The notes: generated by a model from the sequence alone, not told the origin. A stretch of 32,000 nucleotides of DNA from Lyngbya sp. PCC 8106 (GCF_000169095.1 NZ_AAVU01000009.1:38559-70558), one strand, 5' to 3'; counted from the first letter of the stretch, positions 15,405-22,247 are shown. Translations and numbers: made by a program.

Positions 15405-16928
15405 ATGGAAAATTTAGCAGCCTTAACTGATAACAATACACTCTTGACTTTTAATTCAAGTAACCCTGGACAGGTAACACCCATAGCCGTTACAGGAATT
15501 GAGGGAACCTTACTGGGAATTGATACCCGACCTGCGAATGGTCTAATTTATGGCTTGACAACCGCCAACAATCTCTACACAATTGACCCGAACAGTTTTG
15601 ATGATGGTACGTTTACAGGTACCTTTACGCTGACTGATGAAGAAGAAACCCAGTTGCGGAATAACGCCCTTTACGTTAACCTGCATACCCAAAACTTCAA
15701 CGGGGGTGAACTCCGAGGACAAATTAACGTTCCGACAGCAGGTAACATTTCAGTTAGCGGAATTCCTATTCAAGAGTCTCAAGAAGTCGGTAATGTTGTT
15801 CCTCCCGATAGTCCGGCGACAGGTTCCTTTGACGTCACTTACGATGATGCCACAAATCGTTTAACCATTTCTGGAACTTTTGACAATCTGACTAGCTCTT
15901 TATTCCCTGTAGGCCCGGCGGCGGACGTTGAAGGGAATTCTCGTAGCGCCATTCATATTCATAATGGTGTTGCAGGTCAAAATGGGCCGATTCTTCGTTC
16001 TTTGACGGCTTCTGATGGGGTGGCTACCTTGGCGAGTACCCTGTCTCAACCCTTTGAAGGCGGTACTATTTCTGGTTTTGACTTCAACCCAGCCGCTGAC
16101 CGTTTGCGGTTAGTGGGAGACAACGACCAAGATTTTCGGATAAATGTTGATACAGGTGCCGTGATTGTTGACGGGACTTTAGCATTCGCCCCTGGTGATA
16201 TTAATGCAGGTGTTAATCCTAATGTGACCGCCTCTGCTTATACCAATTCCTTTGCGGGAACGACTTCTACACAGCTTTATAACATCGATACGCTGCTGAA
16301 TACGCTCGTTTTGCAAAATCCACCCAACGACGGCATTTTAGTCACGGTGGGGGAATTAGGGCTTGATTTTGATACTTTGGGCGGTTTTGATATTGCTTCT
16401 TCTCCGAATGGGAGTAATACCGCTTTTGCTGTTTCTAATTCAATGTTGTACACGGTTGACTTGGCAACAGGTACCGCAACAAACGTGGGAATGATTGGCG
16501 ATGATGCTAATCTGAATTTACAAGGTCTTGCGGTTGTAGACCCGTTAACAGGAGATTTTGTATTTGACCCCGCTCAATATTTAGCGTCTAATCTGGATTT
16601 AGCGGGTGTATTTGGGTTTGATTTGGCGGCGGCGAATCAACATTATTTACAGTTTGGGATTAATGAAAATCGACCTGTAGATACGTTTGATGAGGTGAGA
16701 TATTTGGCTTCAAATCAGGATTTGATTGGGGTATTTGGTTTTAATCCTGAATTTGCAACGGAACATTATGTTCGTTTTGGTGCAGCAGAAGGTCGTTCAA
16801 CCAATTCTTTTAATCCAGTTAGTTATCTCAATAATAATGCTGACTTACAGGCTTTCTTTGGCAATGATTTAGATGCCGCGACTCAACATTATGTTCAGTT
16901 TGGATTTTCTGAAGGACGTATCGTTTAA
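15405..16928 (+). CDS. DUF4394-domain protein interrupted by a permuted CHRD segment, with three C-terminal ~40-aa repeats
   Basis: DUF4394 signatures are LLTFNSSNPG...GIDTRPANGLIYGLT...LYTIDP, resuming at ATLASTLS...GFDFNPAADRLRLVG...AYTNSFAG...LYNID...LVLQNPPNDG...LYTVDLATGTAT. CHRD signatures lie in between (YVNLHTQNFNGGELRGQI, then QEV...AIHIHNGVAGQNGPI). No signal peptide is present, and an in-frame stop lies 4 codons upstream of the ATG. Confidence 0.7.
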   Translation: MENLAALTDNNTLLTFNSSNPGQVTPIAVTGIEGTLLGIDTRPANGLIYGLTTANNLYTIDPNSFDDGTFTGTFTLTDEEETQLRNNALYVNLHTQNFNGGELRGQINVPTAGNISVSGIPIQESQEVGNVVPPDSPATGSFDVTYDDATNRLTISGTFDNLTSSLFPVGPAADVEGNSRSAIHIHNGVAGQNGPILRSLTASDGVATLASTLSQPFEGGTISGFDFNPAADRLRLVGDNDQDFRINVDTGAVIVDGTLAFAPGDINAGVNPNVTASAYTNSFAGTTSTQLYNIDTLLNTLVLQNPPNDGILVTVGELGLDFDTLGGFDIASSPNGSNTAFAVSNSMLYTVDLATGTATNVGMIGDDANLNLQGLAVVDPLTGDFVFDPAQYLASNLDLAGVFGFDLAAANQHYLQFGINENRPVDTFDEVRYLASNQDLIGVFGFNPEFATEHYVRFGAAEGRSTNSFNPVSYLNNNADLQAFFGNDLDAATQHYVQFGFSEGRIV

Positions 16929-16940
16929 CGGTTTTTAAAT

Positions 16941-17080
16941 GTAGGGTGGGTGAAGATTATCGGAGTTAAATTTAACTTTTTGCGAATTTTTTTCACCCAT
17001 CCAACGGGTATTAAATGTAGGGTGGGTAAGAATTTGGGCAACAATTCAACAATAATCTTTAAATACCTCACCCACCCTAC
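16941..17080. repeat. Two inverted REP doublets (REPIN-like) 3' of the RayT gene
   Basis: The first doublet is GTAGGGTGGGTGA (16941-16953) with TCACCCATCCAAC (16992-17004). The second is GTAGGGTGGGTAA (17017-17029) with TCACCCACCCTAC (17068-17080). Each inverted pair is separated by about 38 nt. Confidence 0.8.
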
Positions 17081-17628
17081 TCGTTTCCAATATTGTTGGA
17101 AATTTGAGGATCGGTATTTGCACTCCAATCGGTTGGATAAATCCCCCGGGCAACAAATCGATGAAAACTCGAAAATTCCCAATCGGCGGGGGAGTGACAT
17201 AAACCATGTTTTACGGGATTATAATGGATATAATTACAGTGATTTTCATAGTCCTGTTCGTTTCTAATTAAATGTTCCCAAAATCGCTTTTGCCAGAGGT
17301 GAGTTTCTTGTTTTTTGATTCGAGATTCACTGAGTTCAAACGGAATCTTTAAGAAGTTTGCATAACGCTTGCTAACATAAGTTTTTATTAATCTCCACCG
17401 AATTGAATAATTATCATCCCCTTCTGGCAGAGTCCAAATACAGTGAATATGATCGGGCAAAAGAACAATAGCATCCAAGGTAAAAGGATATAATTTCATT
17501 ACACGATTAATCCCATTTCGGATCGTCAATCGGGCTTTTTCTTCGCAAAGCCAAGGAATTATCTTGTAGGTAACTTGAGTAAAAAAATAGGTTCCTCCGG
17601 GTTGGCGCAATCTGCGATAATTTGACAT
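17077..17628 (-). CDS. REP-associated tyrosine transposase (RayT / TnpA-REP, IS200/IS605-like Y1 HUH enzyme)
   Basis: 183 aa with the HUH motif LLPDHIHCIW, the catalytic Tyr region NYIHYNPVKHGL and the N-terminal GGTYFFT motif. It is flanked on both sides by GTAGGGTGGGTGA repeats. Confidence 0.85.
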   Translation of the reverse strand: MSNYRRLRQPGGTYFFTQVTYKIIPWLCEEKARLTIRNGINRVMKLYPFTLDAIVLLPDHIHCIWTLPEGDDNYSIRWRLIKTYVSKRYANFLKIPFELSESRIKKQETHLWQKRFWEHLIRNEQDYENHCNYIHYNPVKHGLCHSPADWEFSSFHRFVARGIYPTDWSANTDPQISNNIGNE

Positions 17629-17630
17629 GG

Positions 17631-17695
17631 GTAGGGTGGGTGAGTTTTTTTAACTATTATCGCTGCATTTTCGCCCCAATTCTCACCCACCCTAC
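17631..17695. repeat. Inverted REP doublet 5' of the RayT gene
   Basis: GTAGGGTGGGTGA (17631-17643) and TCACCCACCCTAC (17683-17695), a perfect 13-mer inverted pair. Confidence 0.8.
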
Positions 17696-17736
17696 TATAA
17701 TAAAAACCATCTATCAACCTTTTTCTACAACAACCA

Positions 17737-18174
17737 ATGGAACCCATAGAACTTACCGTCGCTGCCTTAGCTGCCCTAATCATTACCAAAGCAACCGGAA
17801 AAGTAGGTGACAAATTAGGGGATAAAATAGTTGAACAAGGGGGAGTTTTGCTGGAACAACTTTACCATAAATCTCCCCAAACCGCATCCGCGATCGAACA
17901 AGTGAATGAAAGGCCTTTAGATTGGGGTCAAGCGGTGATTGATGTCAAAGCAACGGCAAAAACCGATCCAGAAGTTGCCCAAATCGTTGAGGATTTAGAA
18001 GTAACTATCAGCGAAGATGCAGACCTCAGAAAGAGGTTAGAAGAAATTGCGGCAACTATTAAATCTCAACAAGCCAGCACTCAAAACTATCACAACACGA
18101 TTGAAAAAGTCGTTAACCTAGCTCAAGGAGAAGGCGCTTCTATCAATATTAAAGAACAGAATATCACAATATGA
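17737..18174 (+). CDS. 145-aa helical module with a hydrophobic N-terminal helix; likely the detached N-terminal (effector-type) domain of the downstream NB-ARC/TPR protein
   Basis: The ORF is in the same frame (position mod 3 = 1) as the NB-ARC ORF. It begins MEPIELTVAALAALIITKATGKVGDKLG, is mostly predicted helical, and ends ...NLAQGEGASINIKEQNITI-TGA. I cannot assign a family by eye. Confidence 0.6.
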   Translation: MEPIELTVAALAALIITKATGKVGDKLGDKIVEQGGVLLEQLYHKSPQTASAIEQVNERPLDWGQAVIDVKATAKTDPEVAQIVEDLEVTISEDADLRKRLEEIAATIKSQQASTQNYHNTIEKVVNLAQGEGASINIKEQNITI

Positions 18175-18249
18175 CTACGCCCCCAAACCCCCAATACTGG
18201 GGGCTTTCAAGAAGGTTCCCCCCAAAGTTGGGGGGCTAGGGGGGCAAAA
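18172..18249. repeat. GC-palindrome mini-element, copy A (two G5-6/C5-6 hairpins)
   Basis: TGACTACGCCCCCAAACCCCCAATACTGGGGGCTTTCAAGAAGGTTCCCCCCAAAGTTGGGGGGCTAGGGGGGCAAAA. The palindromes are at 18188-18203 and 18218-18235. It is homologous to the copy at 22248-22342. Confidence 0.8.
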
Positions 18250-18375
18250 CCCTATGAAAACTTAGGTCAACGTGGCATTACTGAACGCGAGAATTTTATT
18301 GGACGAGATACACAACTCGCAGAACTTCACCAACTCCTACAAAAAAATACCCAAGTTGCGATCGCCGCAGCAGTT

Positions 18376-20949
18376 GTGGGAATGGGAGGAGTGGGCAAAA
18401 CTGAACTCGCCATCCAATACGCCCGACAACATCTCAATGAGATTTACAAAGGCGGTGTTTGCTTCATTTCTGGGGGGAGTTTCATCTTCGAGGTGATGCA
18501 ATTTGCCCGTCCTCGGTTCTTCCCCAAGATGGATTTTACAGGCTTTTCGGAAGCTGAACAATTAACCTATTGCTGGCAACATTGGGCAGAGGGTGAGGTG
18601 TTGTTAATAGTTGATGATGTCACCGCCTACAAACAACAGGTTAAACCTTATTTACCCGGAAATCCTCGGTTTAAAGTATTAGTCACCACGCGAGAACAGA
18701 TTCCTGCTGTTACTCCCCTAAATTTAGAAGTTCTTCATCCCAATGATGCTTTAAAATTACTTGAGTCTATTATTGGCGATCGCATTAAAGCCGAACCGGA
18801 AACCGCCGAAGAACTGTGTAAATGGTTAGGTTATTTACCTTTGGGGTTAGAATTAGTGGGGCGATATTTAGCAGATGAAGAAGATCTCTCTTTAGCCAAG
18901 ATGCTGCAACGCCTGCAACGTAAACGCCTCAAACATTCTTCTCTCCAAAATGAAGACAACACAGCAGAAACCGCAGAATTAGGAGTCGCCGCCGCCTTTG
19001 AGTTGAGTTGGGAACGGTTGCAAAAACAGCCCGAAACGCAACAGTTGGGGTGTTTGTTGTCTTTGTTTTCTCCCGATGCTATTTTGTGGGACTTAGTTGA
19101 AACGGTGTATCAAGGTTGGCAAGGAGAGGAAATTGATCTCGAAGATATTGAGGATAGTAGACGCAAGTTAGTTAAACTCAGTTTATTTCAACGAACCAAA
19201 GAGAAAACCTATCGACTCCATCAACTCCTACGAGAGTTTTTCCGCGACAAACTAGAGGAACAAAAAGACGTAGCCGCAATGAAACAAGCCTTTGTCACCA
19301 CAATGGCTAATATTGCTTCTCATATTCCTCACAATATGACAACGCAACAAGTTAAACGGGTTGAACTTGCTATTAAACATATTGAAGAAGTTGCTAATTC
19401 CTACATTGAGTTGTTATCCGATGAAGATTTAATTAGACCGTTTACTAGGTTAGCTTGGTTTTATAAAGGTCAGACTTTGTATTCTGAAGCAGAACCTTGG
19501 CTGAAGAAAGGTGTAGAAATTACAAAAAACCGTTTCGGAGAGGAACATCCATCTGTTGCCACTAGCCTGAATAACTTAGCCTCACTTTACGAGTCTCAAG
19601 GACGCTACGCTGAAGCTGAACCCCTGTTTCAGCAAGCCTTAGCAATGAGACAACGGCTATTTGATGGCGATCATCCCGATGTTGCTTCCAGCCTGAATAA
19701 CTTAGCCTCTCTTTACGAGTCTCAAGGACGTTACAGCGAAGCCGAACCCTTGTATCAGCAAGCTTTAGAAATGACACAACGGCTATTTGATGGTGACCAT
19801 CCCTCTGTTGCACTCAGCCTGAATAACTTAGCCTCTCTTTACAACTCTCAAGGACGCAACAGCGAAGCCGAACCCTTGTTACAGCAAGCCTTAGAAATGA
19901 CACAACGGCTATTTGAAGGCGACCATCCCGATGTTGCCACTAGCCTGAATAACTTAGCCTACCTTTACAAGTCTCAAGGACGCAACAGCGAAGCCGAACC
20001 CTTGTTACAGCAAGCCTTAGCTATGTATCAACGGCTATTTGAGGGCGACCATCCTAATATTGCCACCAGCCTGAATAACTTAGCCTACCTTTACGAGTCA
20101 CAAGGACGCTACAGCGAAGCCGAAGCTTTGTTTCAACAAGCTTTAGAAATGAGACAACGGCTGTTTGAAGGCGACCATCCCTCTGTTGCTACCAGCCTGA
20201 ATAACTTAGGCTTACTTTACAACTCTCAAGGACGCTACAGTCAAGCCGAACCCTTGTATCAGCAAGCCTTAGCAATGAGACAACGGCTGTTTGAGGGCGA
20301 TCATCCCAATGTTGCTTCCAGCCTGAATAACTTAGCCGGACTTTGCCATTCCCAAGGACGCAACAGAGAAGCCGAACCCTTGTATCAGCAAGCCTTAGCT
20401 ATGTATCAACGGCTATTTGATGGCGACCATCCCGATGTTGCTTCCAGCCTGAATAACTTAGCCTACCTTTACAAGTCTCAAGGACGCAACAGCGAAGCCG
20501 AACCCTTGTATCAGCAAGCCTTAGAAATGACACAACGGCTATTTGAAGGCGACCATCCCGATGTTGCCACTAGCCTGAATAACTTAGCCTACCTTTACAA
20601 GTCTCAAGGACGCAACAGCGAAGCCGAACCCTTGTATCAGCAAGCCTTAGAAATGAGACAACGGCTATTTGAGGGCGACCATCCCGATGTTGCCACCAGC
20701 CTGAATAACTTAGCCTATCTTTACGAGTCACAAGGACGCTACAGCGAAGCCGAACCCCTGTTTCAGCAAGCGTTGTTTATGTTAGTCAAAACTTTAGGTA
20801 AAGATCATCCTAATACTCAAACAATTTGGCAAAACTTAATCATATTTTTAATCAAAGTCATCCAGGAAAACAAAACCGATCAATTAAGTGATAATGAATT
20901 CATTCAATCTTTAGTTTCTCAGCTTCAGCAGCAAGAAAACTCATCATAA
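18376..20949 (+). CDS. NB-ARC (STAND/NLR-type) NTPase with a C-terminal TPR array; the conserved in-frame coding sequence actually extends upstream to 18175
   Basis: Motifs present are Walker A GMGGVGKT, Walker B LLIVDDV, VLVTTR, GYLPLGLELVG (GLPL motif) and an MHD-like YRLHQLLREF. A cap plus ten 42-aa TPR units follow. The track start is a GTG sitting on the P-loop itself. The upstream in-frame ...ENLGQRGITERENFIGRDTQLAELHQLLQKNTQVAIAAAVVG is typical NB-ARC N-terminal sequence but has no ATG/GTG/TTG start. Confidence 0.85.
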   Translation: MGMGGVGKTELAIQYARQHLNEIYKGGVCFISGGSFIFEVMQFARPRFFPKMDFTGFSEAEQLTYCWQHWAEGEVLLIVDDVTAYKQQVKPYLPGNPRFKVLVTTREQIPAVTPLNLEVLHPNDALKLLESIIGDRIKAEPETAEELCKWLGYLPLGLELVGRYLADEEDLSLAKMLQRLQRKRLKHSSLQNEDNTAETAELGVAAAFELSWERLQKQPETQQLGCLLSLFSPDAILWDLVETVYQGWQGEEIDLEDIEDSRRKLVKLSLFQRTKEKTYRLHQLLREFFRDKLEEQKDVAAMKQAFVTTMANIASHIPHNMTTQQVKRVELAIKHIEEVANSYIELLSDEDLIRPFTRLAWFYKGQTLYSEAEPWLKKGVEITKNRFGEEHPSVATSLNNLASLYESQGRYAEAEPLFQQALAMRQRLFDGDHPDVASSLNNLASLYESQGRYSEAEPLYQQALEMTQRLFDGDHPSVALSLNNLASLYNSQGRNSEAEPLLQQALEMTQRLFEGDHPDVATSLNNLAYLYKSQGRNSEAEPLLQQALAMYQRLFEGDHPNIATSLNNLAYLYESQGRYSEAEALFQQALEMRQRLFEGDHPSVATSLNNLGLLYNSQGRYSQAEPLYQQALAMRQRLFEGDHPNVASSLNNLAGLCHSQGRNREAEPLYQQALAMYQRLFDGDHPDVASSLNNLAYLYKSQGRNSEAEPLYQQALEMTQRLFEGDHPDVATSLNNLAYLYKSQGRNSEAEPLYQQALEMRQRLFEGDHPDVATSLNNLAYLYESQGRYSEAEPLFQQALFMLVKTLGKDHPNTQTIWQNLIIFLIKVIQENKTDQLSDNEFIQSLVSQLQQQENSS
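19546..20805 (+). repeat. Ten tandem 126-bp units (42-aa TPR_10/12-like repeats) inside the NB-ARC gene
   Basis: The units start at 19546 + 126n, each beginning CAT CC(N) = His-Pro. The consensus is HPDVATSLNNLAYLYKSQGRNSEAEPLYQQALEMTQRLFEGD. Units 4 and 9 share an identical run of more than 80 nt. Confidence 0.95.
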
Positions 20950-20957
20950 TAAATTCA

Positions 20958-20995
20958 AAGTCCCTCGCCTCGTAGGAGAGGGATTTAGGAAGAAG
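20958..20995 (+). repeat. 38-bp hairpin repeat, copy 1 (AAGTCCCTCGCCT...ATTTAGGAAGAAG)
   Basis: It matches the copy at 21706-21743 at 32 of 38 positions in the same orientation. It contains the stem TCCCTC/GAGGGA and lies just after the NB-ARC stop, so it may also serve as a terminator. Confidence 0.7.
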
Positions 20996-21073
20996 TTCTT
21001 CACAAACTGCGATCGCATTCTAACGAGCTATACTATAATTAACCTAAAATATAGAATCCTCAAAAAAAAGATT

Positions 21074-21364
21074 ATGCTAAATGGTATCAAACAGCGAGGA
21101 GTTGTTAGCAAAGATGGCACAATTGAAATTCAAACACCTGAACTTCCAGAAGGAACCGTTGTTGAGGTGATTATTTTAGTAGAGTCAGAGGCAATAGAGT
21201 CAGATAGTAGCTCACAAATTCCACAAGATACAACAGAATATTTACTCTCAAATGAAGCGAACCGTCGTCACTTACTCACTGGAATTCAAAATATAGAAAC
21301 CAATACTAATTTAGTCAGTTTTACATTAGAGGAATGGAATGAGGAACATAACATTCACTCCTAA
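21074..21364 (+). CDS. Type II antitoxin with a YefM/Phd-like C-terminal toxin-binding segment and a different N-terminal domain
   Basis: 96 aa. The C-terminal TTEYLLSNEANRRHLLTGIQNIE resembles the YefM tail (LLSxPxNAxxLxxSI). The N-terminal GVVSKDGTIEIQTPELPEGTVVEVIIL looks like a small beta (AbrB/AF2212-like) domain. The ORF overlaps the start of the downstream yoeB-like ORF by 26 nt. Confidence 0.55.
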   Translation: MLNGIKQRGVVSKDGTIEIQTPELPEGTVVEVIILVESEAIESDSSSQIPQDTTEYLLSNEANRRHLLTGIQNIETNTNLVSFTLEEWNEEHNIHS

Positions 21365-21603
21365 ATCTTTTGAAGATTTTAATAATTGGTCAAAACAGGA
21401 TCGGAAAATTTATCGTAAGATTATTACTCTGATTAACGATATACTCCGTCAACCTTTCACTGGGCTGGGTAAACCTGAACCCCCTAAAACATGAGCTGAA
21501 AGGATATTGGTCACGACGCATTACCGATGAGCATCGTTTAGTATATCAGGTCAGTGAGAATGCAATCACTATTCTAAGTTGCCGATTTCATTACGATAAT
21601 TAA
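21339..21603 (+). pseudogene. yoeB: YoeB/Txe-family toxin gene disrupted by a 1-nt insertion in a C5 run
   Basis: Frame 1 reads [51 protein letters not shown] (stop at 21492-21494). Dropping one C of CCCCC (21480-21484) restores ...[44 protein letters not shown] (stop at 21601-21603), which is a canonical YoeB sequence. Confidence 0.8.
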
Positions 21604-21705
21604 AATCAAATAAATTCTATACGAAAAGTTTATAAAATCAAACTCAATTCATCTAATCCTCGTTACTATTGCTTAAAATATTTAAAATGCGATCGCTATG
21701 TTTCC

Positions 21706-21743
21706 AAGTCCCTCGCCTTATAGCAGAGGTATTTAGGGAGAGG
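21706..21743 (+). repeat. 38-bp hairpin repeat, copy 2
   Basis: AAGTCCCTCGCCTTATAGCAGAGGTATTTAGGGAGAGG, a direct repeat of 20958-20995. Confidence 0.7.
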
Positions 21744-21786
21744 TTGAAATGGTAAAATAAAATTATCCTTGATTAAGATTCCGATT

Positions 21787-22212
21787 ATGGAAGAAATTCT
21801 AGAGTTAAAAGAATTGCTACTCAAAGGTGATATCAAAGGATCGTTAACCCTGGTTGACGAGTTAGAAGAAATGGGTCGCAAAGATATTATTAACAATATT
21901 CGCAGTTATGCGGTCATTTTACTCCTACATTTAATTAAACAACAAGCAGAAAATCGGACAACTCGATCCTGGGATGTTTCCATTCGTAACTCGGTTTTGG
22001 AAATTCAAGACTTAAACGAACGTCCGAAGTCAAAAGGGGTTTATTTGAATTCTGAAGAATTACGGGGTATTCTGGAGAAAGCCTATCCACAAGCCGTTAA
22101 CAAAGCTTCCCTGGAAGTTGAAGAAGGACGTTATGATTCTCGCGAATTGGAACAAAAAGTTAATCAGATCGAAATTTTGAATCAAGCGATTAATTTAATT
22201 AATCCGGCTTAA
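21787..22212 (+). CDS. DUF29-family protein
   Basis: ELEEMGRKDIINNIRSYAVILLLHLIKQQAENRTTRSWDVSIRNSVLEIQDL resembles the DUF29 core (EEIESLGRSEKREL...LLxHLLKWQYQPxxRSxSWxxTI). I prefer the ATG at 21787 over the track's TTG at 21769. Confidence 0.6.
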   Translation: MEEILELKELLLKGDIKGSLTLVDELEEMGRKDIINNIRSYAVILLLHLIKQQAENRTTRSWDVSIRNSVLEIQDLNERPKSKGVYLNSEELRGILEKAYPQAVNKASLEVEEGRYDSRELEQKVNQIEILNQAINLINPA

Positions 22213-22247
22213 AAATTTTATCCCAAAAAATTAATCCGAAACCCCCG

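Noticed and set aside
18272-18561. Track ORFs 18272-18496 (+) and 18337-18561 (-) over the start of the NB-ARC region
   Set aside because: The third frame (position mod 3 = 1) encodes the conserved FIGRD...GMGGVGKT NB-ARC sequence across the same DNA, so these are shadow ORFs.
19546-20805. Regular 126-bp periodic repeats considered as a possible CRISPR-like or satellite array
   Set aside because: The units are contiguous with no spacers, in frame, and encode canonical 42-aa TPR units of a single long ORF. No cas genes are present.
21476-21494. The C5 run in yoeB considered as a programmed frameshift site
   Set aside because: There is no slippery heptamer or downstream structure characteristic of programmed frameshifting. 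A simple homopolymer indel (mutation or sequencing error) is the more economical explanation.
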